Shown: positions 18,855 through 31,641, counted from the first letter of the stretch. The stretch: DNA of 43,932 nucleotides from Ministeria vibrans ATCC 50519 (GCA_943704425.1 CALSCP010002225.1:1-43932), one strand, 5' to 3'. Numbers and translations are program-made. Notes: a model not told the origin generated them from the letters alone.

Positions 18855-21798
18855 ATGATTTTGCTGGCGCTTCTTCTGAGCGCCTCCGTCGCGTTAGCGT
18901 CGCCGCAACTCTACGTTAATGCAGCTGGTGGAAATATGACGCTCATTCAAGGAGGGAGAACTGTTCTTGGGTCAGAAGACAAACGATATAACGAGAGCAA
19001 ATGTTGTTGACGTGCGCTTCTCTCTCTAGCTACTCAAAAACGCCCCTTCCCGCCGAACTGACGCGCAATCTGGCCAACCGCCAGTTTGGAGACTACGACG
19101 AGAGTCCCTATGTGACGGTCGACGTGAAGTCGTTCCACATGCAGACGACAGAGGTGAGAGAGAGAACGAGACCAAAAACACCCGAACGTCTCACCGCTCC
19201 ACCCACCGCTGTTCAGGTGACCAACGCCGAGTACGAGCAGTACGACCCGGCCCATCGTAAACTCCGGGGACATCAGGGGTTCAGCAAAAACGACGATGAA
19301 GCGGTGGTCTTTGTCAGCTGGCACGACGCAGTGGGCTACGCCGACTGGCTGTCGCGCAAGGAGGGCAAATTGTACGTCTCGCCACCGCCCTTTGTTCGAT
19401 CTATCTATCACTTTGTTTCTCTCTCTCTATCTGCCACTTTGTTTCTCTCTCTCTCCATCTACCACTTTGTTTCTCTCTCTCTCTATCTACCACTTTGTTT
19501 CTCTCTCTCTCCCTCTCTCTCTCCCTATCTATCTATTCCTTTGTTTCTTTCTCCTCTCTCTCTCTCTCTCTGACCTTTTCACCTCCAACCATTGTTTCCA
19601 GATACCGTCTGCCTACCGAGGCCGAATGGGAGTATGCCTGTCGTGCGGGATCAGACGATTACTTTAACACGGGCAATACATTTCCTGTGTCACAACAAAA
19701 GGTTCTCAATTTTCTAGTGGCTTGTGTTTCTCTTGTGCCAACTCTAATTATTCTTTTGACAGAACCAAGCAGTCTCGTGGTACCCTGATCCATCACGCAG
19801 CACCGACAAAGAGGTTGTTCCTCTCACGGTCGCGCAGTTTCCGCCGAACAAGTGGAATCTGCACGATATGCACGGAAACGTCGAAGAGTACACAAGAGCT
19901 GCGAAGCATATTCGCTCACCACCTTCTTTGTGTGTACTAGATGGACCCATGACGACTATCGACTGCGCGACGGCAGTGAGACTCAGGCGAATCGGTTCAA
20001 AGTGACCAAAGGCGGTTCGATGGACACTGAGCTGTACTATTTGCGCTCGGCCAATCGCGCCGGAGCACTCCCACTCGACCGCAGTTGGTACATTGGGTTT
20101 CGCGTTGTCATGACAACAGAACCACTTCTATCCATGACAGCGTCAACGGTTGAGAGGGTGCAACCAAAAGAGGAAGGACGAAAAGAAGAAGAAGGACAAC
20201 TGAGTGAGACTGGTTTTGCACGTCCTCTTCGTTATGTGAACACAATGAGTCTTGTGCGACCCCCGTACTCGGTAAGGGGGGAACGAAGTAGAGTCGTAGC
20301 GCTCTCTATCACGCCTTTACTTTTTTTTTCCTTCCTCCTTTGTTTGTTTATTTCTCCTTTCTCTTTTGTTTGTTAATTCTCCTTTCTCTTTTGTTTTTAT
20401 TCATCCCTGCTCTTTTGTGTCAGTGGTCAAGTCTCATCGCTCTACCTTCCCTCTTAGCATCACAATCACGATCCATCTCTGGCAGTGTGTGCCAATGGTG
20501 ACGTGATTGCCGTGTGGTTCTCAACCTTTGAAGAGAGTGGTCGTGAGTCCATGATGGCGTTTGCAAGCCTGCGCAATGGGACTGCAGAGTGGACCACGGC
20601 CGAACTGTGGTGGGACTCACCAGATCGCATGGACAACGCACCCAACATGCACCACGCGAGCGGCACAGACCGCATCGAAGTGTACTGGGGGGTGTCGGCG
20701 GCAGCGACCTGGGGCAATCTGGCGACGGTGAAGCGTGTGAGCGACGATTGTGGGCGGACTTGGGGCGACGCGCACATTGTGTTCCCCGAGCATAGACTCA
20801 GGTGAGATAGTGAGGAGGAGGGAGAAAGAACAACGTGTTAGAGAGAGAGAGAGAGAGAAAAAAAAAAAAAACAAAGTGTTCGAGAGAGAAACAAAGGGAT
20901 AGATAAAGAACTGCTGCTTGCAATGTGAGCGTGATGTGTGAGTGAGCAGCCATTCGCATGTTCATCTGTGACTGATCGAGTTATGCATGTAGGCACATGC
21001 CAGTCAATACCTTTGTGACTCTGCACGACGGCACACTGTTGATGCCGACCGACAACACGACAGATGGCAGTGGGGGCACGGCAGTGCACCGCAGCACCGA
21101 CGGCGGTGTGACATGGACCGATGCGCTGTACAATCCGGCAGGTGGAGACATCTCGGGGATCCACGGGACCATGGTGCTGCTTTCTAATGACAGTGTGTTG
21201 GCCTTTGGTCGCGGCAACGACGTCAACGGAATGATGGCGCAGAGCCGCAGTGACGATGGTGCTCTCTCCTGGTCCTACGCTGCCAGTCAGGTGTGACCTT
21301 GCTTTCCTTCCTCTTCATTTTGGTCGTTTACCCTTGTGATGGTGTTTAGTTCTTTGGGATCCACGGCGGTCAACGTGCCAGTGTTCTGCGTCTCAAGGAA
21401 GGTCCCATTCTCTTTTGTGGCTTTGCCAATGAGCCAATGGAGATTGCGACGCGCTGTCCTGGACAGTCCATCAATGGCACGGGTGCCTTTTGTGCGCTCT
21501 CTTACGACGACGGCAACTCCTTTCCGCGTCGTCGTCTTGTCTCCGACGACGGCGATGGTACGGTGCTTGAGACGCTGGACGGCGAGCTGTTTATCATGGG
21601 CAAGACAACGGCCGAGCCGAAGGGTTACTCGGGTATGTGTTGACAGAGAGGGTGGAGTCAAAGATGGTGCTGATCCTATCGTTGATTGATGTAGTTGCAC
21701 GCCAAGACACTCGAACTGGCTTGGTGCACTTCATTACGAGTCGGCAGCACTATCGCTTTACCTACGACTGGTTGCATAGTGCACCTCCCTGCGATTAA
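18855..21798 (+). CDS. Secreted FGE-sulfatase-domain plus BNR/Asp-box (sialidase-like) beta-propeller protein, multi-exon
   Basis: Signal peptide; [43 protein letters not shown] and IGFRVV; Asp boxes [24 protein letters not shown] and SYDDGNSF. Confidence 0.85.
19401..19520. repeat. Intronic ~25-bp tandem repeat (CTATCTA[T/C]CACTTTGTTTCTCTCT)
   Basis: Four visible copies. Confidence 0.8.
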
Positions 21799-21869
21799 AA
21801 CAAGCAAACCCAATTTCATTTCAAACTTACATCTTAATTATTACTCATCAGTGAGCACTAACAATAAAG

Positions 21870-24303
21870 ATGCTTGAAGCGCTTGTCAGAGTAAGCGCCC
21901 GTCAAACTCGGTCTGACCCATCTATGTCAGTGGGGGGTTAACTGGGTTTCTACTGATCGTAAACTCAAAATTTAACAAAAAACTGAAACAATTTCAGTTT
22001 TTATCACATTTTGTTAAACACCAACTCAAAACTAAATTACAGGTATGAACTTCGTTTGGGCAACCATCCAGCACGACGTCGAGAGATCGGCTGCATCCTA
22101 CATCGCCAAAGAGCACTCAAAGGTAACAACAGCAGAAAAAAAAAATCTCTTTACTGTCCCATCTCCACCGCTTCATACATACTCTTCGTTGTCTCTTGTC
22201 GTTTCCGCCCCTCTCCCCTTCCTTTCTACATGTGCATGAACACAAAAAACGAATCGCACACAAAAATGTGCAACTTCCACGTGCAGACGGACGCCGGCGA
22301 TTAAACGACCCGCCCTCTCCCCCAATGGCACACTCCTCTCATATCCGAATTGCTCCTTGCCTGCGTTTGCACCTCACAATCGCACTTTTTCTTCAGTTTT
22401 CAACATTCATTTTTTTTTTTTTTTTTTTTCTCTCTCTTAACCTTTCCGCGTTTGCTTGTGGTCTTCTTTGCACTGCATAGAGTCGTGGAGCGATTGATCT
22501 GACCAAAGTGACGCTTGTACGCTGCGCAACGTCGTCGGAAGTGCTGCAGTTTCAGCAACAGTGTCTGTTTCTGATTGAAATGCCAAAACGAACATACTTC
22601 ATCGGTGAGTTTGCAGGGGGCGTTGAGGTGCACCCGTGCCATCCTCCATCTTCTAGTGTTCCCTCCTTGCCCCTGCTATGCTCGTTTTGGGCCTGGACGC
22701 CTCTGGCTGCTTTTTTTTGTTCTTCTTGTCAACCTTTGCATAATGCGCTCTGATGCTTCGCTTTCCTCTCTTGTGCATTAGCTGCCGACTCGGGACGCGA
22801 ACGCGAGCACTGGATCGAAATGATTGAGAAGCAAGTTCAGTTGGTGCGTGAACAGATGGAGAACGGTACGTTGGGGCGGCACCAGTCCATGTCGTTGGGC
22901 GACAGCGAGGACGACAGCGACGACGGCGGTGTCGAGCTGGACGAGCGAGGCTCAGTCAAGCTGGATGGCAAATTACAATTGTCGCTCGACGGCGGAGACT
23001 ACTCTGCCGCGGCCGGTGCGACCGGTGCTGATGCGGTCGGTGACAATCTCTCGCCGGCAGTGGCAGCTTTGGCGATGGCAGACGACCCTGTGGCCAATGG
23101 CACAGGGTCCTCGGTCAACGCTGCAACGGCAGCGGAGGGTGACACTCAAGCACAAGCGGAGGAGGCCGATACCATTGGTGCCGTCCCTCTCCGTTCCGAC
23201 AACACTCGTTCTTTACTCATGAAAGGTATCCCCTCGTTAGCAGTTCGTTCTCTTTTGCATAGTTAAACATCTTTTTTTTTCAGTCGTGTTGATGGGCAAA
23301 CAGGGCACAGGGAAGACGCAACTACGAGTAAGAAAGGAATAGTCTCTTTCCCTTGATCTCGTTTTTTTATTCTTTCTTTCTTTTCTCTCTCTCTCTCTCT
23401 ATCGCTTTCTTCCTCACTCCCTCTTTTCTTTGTGTGTAGAATATTCTGTCGGACCAGCCATTCAAAGAGCCGTGTGCGAGCACCAAAGGAATTGACTTTG
23501 TGGTGACCTTTATGGAGAGTGCGGGGCGTCGCATTAAAGTGCAGGTGTGGGAGGGCGGAGCGGACATTGAGAAGGGCCGCAAGTCTATTGTCAAAGCGTA
23601 CGTTTGACCATCACTTTTCTTTTTCTCTCTCGTTGTCTTCTCCCTCTCTGTCTCTCTCTCTGTCTCTCTCTCTTGTCCCCATTTTTTGTCTTTTTTTTCT
23701 CTCTCTCCTTATCACTTTGGTTCTCTCTCACTGTATGCGTGTCTCTCGCTCTCTGTTTTGATATGTGATGGGTTTGTAATTGTGTTCGTTTTCTCTCTCG
23801 ATGTCTTCTCTCTTTCTTGCCCCCTTTTTTTGTCTTTCTTTTTCTCTCTCTCCTTATCACTTTCGTTCTCTCTCACTGTATGCGTGTCTCTCGCTCTCTG
23901 TTTTGATATGTGATGGGTTTGTAATTGTGTTGTGTGTAGGCTATTGAAAGGCGCTGCTGTGGTTGTGTTGTGCTATGATGTACACAGCCGGGCGTCGCTG
24001 GACCACTGCATTGAGGTTCTTTTGCCGATTGTGATGGAACAGACGGAAGGGCAATCGACTGTGTTGTTGCTGGGGACACGGGAGGACGCAACGGGGCCGT
24101 ATTTGGACGAAGGGCTGGAGGCGGTGGAGGGAGATGCGGCGGTGAACGAGGCTCAGGCCCGCAGCACGGCCGATGCGCATGGTGTACGTTTTGTGGGTGC
24201 CACGTCGTCCAAAGATCGTGGAGACGACGCACGACAGCTTATTGTAGCCGCGGTGCAGACGACCATCCACGACCGTGTCATGAGTCGCCCTGAGGGCTGG
24301 TGA
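21870..24303 (+). CDS. PH domain plus C-terminal divergent Rab/Ras-like domain protein
   Basis: SRGAIDL...FLIEMPKRTYFI|AADSGREREHWIEMI (PH); VVLMGKQGTGKT, STKGIDF, IKVQVWEGG, VVLCYDV, LLLGTRED and ATSSK (G domain). The start is tentative. Confidence 0.75.
23700..23931. repeat. About 85-bp direct duplication within an intron
   Basis: ctctctccttatcacttt..ctgtatgcgtgtctctcgctctctgttttgatatgtgatgggtttgtaattgtgtt occurs at about 23700 and about 23846. Confidence 0.85.
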
Positions 24304-24526
24304 AAGACACACCCAGACACATCCAGTGACTGAACGAATGAGATGTTGTGCGTGCGCCTGCGCCAAAGAAAAATGAGAGAGAGGAGAGAGCGCTTGTGGA
24401 AAAGAAAAACCAAAATATGATTGTATAAATAATAAACACCGTTCCTTTCAAAAAATAACCTGTTTTTCGTTATACTTTTATGTCTGTGTTGCTTTTTGTA
24501 CAAGGATATAATAAGTGTGTGTGGTG

Positions 24527-26555
24527 TCAGTCAAAAAGTGACGTGCAAAGGCGCTTCGGATCGGGCTCGTCAGTCGAGTTATATGTTGCGTCACTCTTGT
24601 CCTCTGTCTCTGTGCCGTCCTCTCGCTCCGTTGACGCTGCCTCGGCATATCGCTTCAGACGCGATGTAGTCTCACGACGGAAGGGAGAGGGCATTGTGAG
24701 CAATGGATCGGACGAGTCAAGGGCACTTGTGATTCCTGCCAGACTCAGTCCCGTCTCCGTCGTTCCTTCCCCTTCTCTTCCCTCGTCCGACTCGGTGCTC
24801 GTCATATTGGTTTCAACACTCTCGTGCATCAATGGCGCGGTCACAACAAAGGGCACATCCGGAGAGGTCAGCAGAGCCGCGGCAAGCGACAGGTCGACGT
24901 GAGCCTCCGAGGCAACGACCGCACTGAGGGTCGCATCGTCAAAGACCTCGGCCAGTGAAGAGTCCACAAAGGATTCCACATGCAACCCATTGTCACTACT
25001 CATGCTGTTGCTGCTGCCCATCCCTACCTCCCCTGTGGTGCTATTCGTGCTGTCCACAAGGGAACGGCTGCCAATCATGTCGGCAAGCGAGGGAAACAAC
25101 GAGTCGCCAATCGCACCCGTTTCGCTGTGCAGCTCCATTCCGCGACTGTTGCTGTTGTAACGTCTCAGCCGATCTGCTTCGTCTTCATCCTCGTCCTCCT
25201 CGTCCTCCTCATCATTGTCGTCTCCTTGCCTTTTCTTCTTCTTCTTCGTCTTATTCTTTGCATTCTTCTTTTTCTCCTCCTCCCCTTCGTCCTTTTCCTC
25301 CTTCTTGCTCTTCTTCTTCTTTAGCTTCTTCGTCTCTTCCGGTCCCCCGCCCCCCGCCTTCAGCAGCTTTTGCTGTTTCTTCTTCTTCTTCTTCAGCTCG
25401 CGTGCCTTCTTCAACTCGCGCGCCCTCTTCTGCTCAAGCGTCTTCTCTGCCTCAAGCGCCAGTTTCTTGCGCGCCTCCTCCTCGCGATGTCGCTTCAACT
25501 CACGCTCCTCCTCGAGCAAACGCGCCAATGGGATGGCCTCCACAAGGAGGGTGCCGTCGTCGAGACGGATGCGCTTCACCGAGACCGGCTCGAAGGTGGG
25601 CACGACACGGAGACAGCGACGACCAAAGGGCATGGGCCGAAAGAGCTCATCGAGCGCGTCCTCCAGCTGCAGCGCGAGTCCCTCGTAGGTGTCGTTGCCG
25701 TGGTTAAAGACGCGACAGTTGGTGACGATGAGACGCAAGTCAGACTCGACCTCGCTTACGTTGTGGTAGGCGCCCACGCGGAGCTTTTCGCGCGCCGAAG
25801 CAAAGTCCATCGGGTTGGGGACAAGACGAGGGTAAAGCGGCAAGTCAAGTTTGACCCAGTTGACAGGGTGTCCAAAGACTTGCGTGAGGACTCGGTAGCG
25901 TGGTGAAGAGAGTTGTGGGAAGACGTGGGAGGCGCAGAAGGCGAGCTGGGCGGTGTGGTGAGTGTTTGCGTCGTGGAACCGTTGCGAATGACGCGGGGGC
26001 AGGCAGCGTCGTAAAAAGACGGGACGCCGCCGCCCGCCGCCGCCGGGCACGTCTTCGACGGCATTTTCTAGCTGGGACTGGACCTCGTCGAGGCGACTGA
26101 GCAGCCTCTGAGCGGCGTCCGTGACATTGGTGTCGGCGCGTCGAACACGCTGCGACACGCGAAAGAGCGTGCGCAGCGCAGCGAAGCACTCTTTGGCGCT
26201 GGCATAGTCGTAGTTGTCGAGTGTCTGGTGAATGGTGGGGATGTCGCCGGGGACGCCGTCGACTTGGCTGCGAAAGTTGCGCGTTCCATGATACCGCACA
26301 AAGGACGGCATCAAGTCGCTGCGCAAATGGCGCAAGTGGAACGAAACGCGGTTCTGGCGCGATGGAATGCCTTTCACCACTTTACGCGCCCCCTTGCGCT
26401 TCGCTTCGGGGCTTTTTTGCCGAGCAGTCCACTGGTGTGCAGAAACGAAGCGGTTGAGCAGCCGTTGCTATTTTTTTTTCTTTCCTTCTTATTCTTCTTT
26501 TTCGCCGCTCCCTCTGTCTTACCTGGGCGACGCGGTCTGCCAGGCACTCTGACAT
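24527..26555 (-). CDS. Bromodomain protein with a Lys/Glu-rich linker and acidic tail
   Basis: FGHPVN...YPRLVPNPMDF...EKL...Y...DLRLIVTNCRVFN is a canonical bromodomain; a degenerate bromo-like segment precedes it. Exon 1 MSECLADRVAQ ends at a gtaag donor. Confidence 0.85.
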
Positions 26556-27039
26556 GGAGAGTGGTATGTATTTCACAGAGGAGTTTGTTAATTGAATAAC
26601 TTTTATTAATTTATCATTTATTTATGACTATGAGTCGAATTCTTGTGACTCGACACAGTCTCAGTCGTCGATCAGCCGTGACTTCACCGTGACTAGTGAC
26701 TACAGGACTAACAGGAGTGAGTCCGCTGAGTCGTCACTCGTCAGTCGCGAGTCGCGACGGGACATAGTTATTAACGTTGAGTCGCTGAAGGGTGTGCATT
26801 GCAAGGCAGTGTATTGCCAAGGGGGTCTGGCCGTGTGTTCACCATTCACCATTTAAAATCAGTAAATCACCAAGGTGTGAAGGTGACTGAATTCTAAGTT
26901 TCTAACAAGTATTATGGGTTTGTCCCTCTCTTCTTTTCATTAATTTATTTATTATTATTATTTTTATTCTATTATCTATATGAGTGTCATTTATTGAGTG
27001 AGATCATAATAAATCATATCAACAAGATCCTATTATTAT

Positions 27040-29417
27040 TCATATGTGCTTGTAAACAACGAGAAAGGCGGGGTAGACCTGCTGGGGATCGTAGACAATG
27101 TACTCGAGGAAGCGATTGACGGTGCCGATGACGCCGTTGCGGGGCTTATGGCCGCACCCCTGGCGGCTGCACCCGCTGCCGGTGGCCGCACACGGAGGGC
27201 GCGTGAACTTGCTGCAACCTGAGTGCCACTTGTCCTGTACGCTGTCGCCCATGAGCGCAAGGAACACGAGAAGGACGCGTTCGCCCGTGTTCTCATCGGC
27301 AACGGTGTACTGATCGGCCTTGCTGACGCTATCGCTGTAGTAGAGCCCATTGCCGAAGGCAAGCCGCTTGTGACGCAAACCCGTCAGCTCGGTCCGGGGC
27401 CCCTCGCGCGCAATAGTCTTGGCAGCCTCAACGCTGCTGGTGCCGTGGAACACGACGCACTCGCCCGTTGCCGTGCGCCACTCAGGCGACGTGCACGCAA
27501 GCCCGCTGAGCACGTCACGACCCCCGACAACCCGATTGCAGGCACTTTCGGTCGATACGTTCCTCTGGAGCACTTTCGATCGACCAAACGAGTCAATGTG
27601 AGCTTTGGCGAACGACACTTGACACGCTTTGAATCGCTGGAAGAGTGCAGGGTTCTCAATCCTGTGTACACGGAGAATGTTAAACGACTTGAACCGCTGT
27701 TGGTGCGAGTCGCGCCCGAAGCCGTGTGTCTGACGCTGCTCGGTGGCCGCGAACAGCTTCCAGACGTAGGCGACCTCATCGTCGTCTGCGTCAAATAGGA
27801 CCGAAGCATGATTTTTCTTTTCGCGATCGCGAGTCCACTGGATGGGAAGGGGGAAGGACTGATGGGCACACGTTGAGAGCTCACGGTCACTCAAGTCAAG
27901 CGTGTTTTGAAACTCGACTAGACGCGCGGTCTTTTGCGCCAGCTCGATCGCGAGTGCGGGGGCGAGCAGCGAGAGAAACCCGAAGCGGAGCACGTGCGAT
28001 GCACCGGGACGGTCGCGTGCCCTGACCAGATTCATGATGATGACGAGCACTCTGTGAGACTGTTCAGTTGGAAGCTGTCCCTTGCAACGAGAAAGCAATG
28101 CGTGGAGCCCCCAGAGGAGGCCCGAGGCGAGCAAGGCAACGGTGTTGTCCTCGCGAGCCGAGAGTGTTTGAAAGAGGCACAGGGCATTGTTGCGTGTCGT
28201 CGAAGATGCCTCGGGGTCGAACGTTGCCGTGGACGGGTTGAGAGTAAGTAGCGTTGCGACTCGGGTCGGCTGTTGGACCGCATTGCCCGTGAGCCAAGTT
28301 GAGATTTTGCGCAGGTAGCAAACACGGTGGAGAGCATACGCATTAAGCCTGAGAGTAACCGTCTCCAAGCAACGACCGTCACTGGCGTCGCTCAAGAGTT
28401 GCTCAAATTCGGCGGAAGAAAAGGAAGCGGTGCGCAAGCGTCTAAACATACTCTTAACCCACGCACCAGCACGCTGGACTATAAGATAACAACACAGGGC
28501 AGTGCATGCAAATACAGTTACAGGCCAAAGAAACGTTGCCGTCAATTTTTTGAGAGGCACATCCTGCACACCGACGACCAAAGCATACAGCAGAGCGAGT
28601 CGCGCCTTGACAAAGCTCGCCAAAAAAGTATATACTGTCAGGCTCGCCGCCTTTGTGCGTGAGATGACATCGTACCAAAGCGGCTTAACAAAAGTATATA
28701 CACTCAAGATCGTCGCCTTTGTGCGTGAGATAACATCGTACCAAAACTGCTTCCAGTCGTGGCGCCAGAATGTATCTGCACCATGCCACAAGGCATATAC
28801 GACGCGAGTTGGGACGTGGAGGAGGCGTTCGTCAAGAATCGAAACAACCGCCTTTTCCACGCAGTCGTAAAAAGAGGAGACGGCTGCGTACTCAACGCAT
28901 CGATATATCAGTTCTCTTTTGAGATCCAGCACCGACCACCGCGTTGGGGTCATGTTTTTGATCTTTGGCACTGTTGGCTCTGTGCACGAGCTGCTCGTCG
29001 AGACACCAAAAAGGCCAGCTTCCGCCAGTGATGGCTCCAACATGATTTCTCCGCAATCGGTTCTGAGCCGAAGTCTGATTTTGTTCGCTCCATCGTGTGC
29101 ATGACACGGTTTTACAAAATTAGCCTCCAAAATTCGTGCGCCTGTGGACGGAGGAGGTGAAATGAGACGATTAAAGGCGAAAAAAAAGAAAAAAAAAATC
29201 GACCATGAAAACCTTGTTGAGAAAAATCTGAGCACGCTTGACCGGTAAAGCACTTGTTGTTACACTTGCACTCGTGCAGCATTGGATCAATGCGATGGGC
29301 AACGCACGTGCTGTCGGGCCCGCACGGCAGGTCCGCGCATGATGATGATGATGATGTGGACGAAGCGACACACAACGCGAAAAAGAACAGCGCGAAAGCC
29401 AAGATCAACAGCCGCAT
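27040..29417 (-). CDS. Membrane-anchored PARP/ART-domain protein with signal peptide and EGF-like module; intron 29142-29212
   Basis: PARP motifs VHRIENPALFQRF, FHGT, FGNGLYYSDSVSKADQY and EYIVYDPQQVYPAFLVVY. The N-terminal exon encodes a hydrophobic signal plus a Cys-rich EGF-like segment, and a phase-1 intron joins the two frames. Confidence 0.8.
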
Positions 29418-29675
29418 CGAGACCTGCTCAGCCTGATCGTTGGTTGACTTGGTTTACTTTGGTGTTATACAAATCTCAACTACCGTTTGTAACTAAAATT
29501 AATGAAGGCGGAGAATAGAAAGTGACTCATTCTTTTCTTATAACAACGCCAAAAAAAATTGTTTTCAAACAGTATGACTATCGACTATAGATATTATTTA
29601 TGGTGAGGGTCATGATGTGGTCTGCGTGAAAGAGATCGGTTTAAAGCCGAAGTATAATTATTATAGTTATTTTAT

Positions 29676-31448
29676 TCATTTTTGCTGTAACAACTCCTTA
29701 CCGAGGCGCTGGACCTCTTCAAAGATGGCAAGGGACTTGGATGGAGTAGTTTGGTCGTGTTCGTGAACTGACGTGGACAGAGGCGAACTGCTGAGGAGCT
29801 CGTCAAAAAGGGCGTTCTTGTCAAGACTGGCGGGAGGAATGGCATAGCCTGCATGGATCTTCGTTTTGCTCTTCTTCTTGGTCGGAGTCACGAGAAGCTT
29901 GGGCGACGAGGAGAGAGCAGTTACAGGAAGAGTCGCGCTAACAGGCTTCTTTGGTGCTGTTGTAGTGGTGAATGTTCCTGCCGCTGCGGGTGTTGGTGTT
30001 GGTGCTGCTGCTACAGCTGCTGGTGTTGTAGTGCGTGGCGTAGATGGTCGACTTGACTTTGCGACTGTTGCGACGCATGTGCGGTTCAACGAGTCGTTTT
30101 CCGCAGGTTGCTCGACAAGGCGGACTTTGGAAGGGAGCAAAATGAGATGGGTAGCTGACGAGTCTGGAAGTTGCGTGAGAAGGGCGGCACACGCGACGCC
30201 TTCGGGGTCGGTCGCGGACGCGGTGGTGATGCTGCGACGGGCGAGCACAGGTGTCGTCTTGGGCGGACGCGCCTCCATGTAGATGGTTGCATGCTCGTGC
30301 TCTGCACGTGTCGCTATCTCTGTGGCACTTGCAAGAGCCTCTTCCAGTCTCGCATGTGCCTCCTTGCCCAGCTTGTGCTTCTTGGCCGCTACCAGCGCGT
30401 CCTGTGCACACTTGAGAGCACGGCGCACATGCGCCAATTCCACACCATAGTCACATGCGTCGTGAGCGACAGTTGCGACAAGCAGGCGCGCGTGTGACTC
30501 ATACAGGTCGCGCTTGACCGTTGCCAGTGGAGTCGCATAGCGGAACAAACGACTGTGCTTCTTCTCGGCCTCGGTCATGCCGACCACTGCCGTGTAGTAC
30601 GCATGACTTGCCTGTGCGCACAGCTGTGCTTTGTCCATTGAGAGTCGCTGTGGCGCGTCAGCGGAAGCTTCGAGCCAGTACAGCTCGTCACACTGCGCTC
30701 GAATCAGCTGAACGGACGCCGATAAGGTGCGTGGGAGCAGGTCGGAGCCGCAGTCGACACGGTCGTGCAACGACGATTCTTGCAGCACCAACAGCACGCG
30801 CAGGCTCTTTTGTAGGAAACGAATAACCTTCTTGCGGTCGTCGGTTGTGTTGAGTGACTGTCGTTCGGCAAGGACACTGTAGAGAGCCGCCAGATTGTAC
30901 AGCGCAACGGCCTTCTCCGCCGCCACATCACACAGGCCAACGGTCGACTGTCCCGCTGCGTCGCTCCAGAAGAAGAACCCCGCCTTCGGCTTTGCCCGTC
31001 GGCCGATCACTGCCTGGATGCGCTCGCTGGCTCCGTTGAGAAACACAATGTAGTCCGTCAACACTTTGATGCAGTTGGGATTCAAGGGCGCCTATAAGTG
31101 GTTTCAGTGTGAGTTGTTACTGGCGCACACTCCGCTGGCCCAAGGGTGGGGGTTTTCACTGCATGCGACCAACAACATGCTTATGGATGTCATCGACGTC
31201 TAATGCGAGTGTGTTTCATAGCGGCGTGTACGCAAGTTCGAGCGTGGCAAACAAACCGGTTTTTATCATCGATTCTTCTGTACCTCAGCGACGGTGTTTC
31301 GCTGCTTTGCAAGTTGCTCCAACACACACGAAGTCTCAGCATAGGGCACCCCTGCTTCTTCGCGTGCAGCGGTGCTGGCAAACGCCGCCGACGACTTTTT
31401 CTTGTCGACTGTTTTCACTGGAAGCGCCAAAAGAGGAAAGGCAGTCAT
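29676..31448 (-). CDS. BRO1-domain protein (BROX-like), 2 exons
   Basis: LLALPVKT, FFWSDA, EKAVALYNLAALY, YGVELA and AEHEHATIYME; Pro/Thr-rich tail. Confidence 0.8.
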
Positions 31449-31641
31449 CAGACGCAAGCAGGAGGGCGTTGAGAAGGGATCGAGGCGAGTGTTGACAGTG
31501 GGTTGACGCTGGCTCGCAGGAATGCGTCGTTCAGCGGCAGCAGAAAAATAATGAGACAAATCAACGGAATGAGTTGAGTTGTTCAGTTCTCAGTTGTCAC
31601 TCTATTCACAATATTGATTCGTCTGTGCTTTCTTGATCTCC

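Noticed and set aside
24955-25906. Long plus-strand ORFs opposite the bromodomain gene
   Set aside because: They are shadow ORFs of GC-rich, low-complexity coding sequence; the same applies to many other short ORFs in the track.
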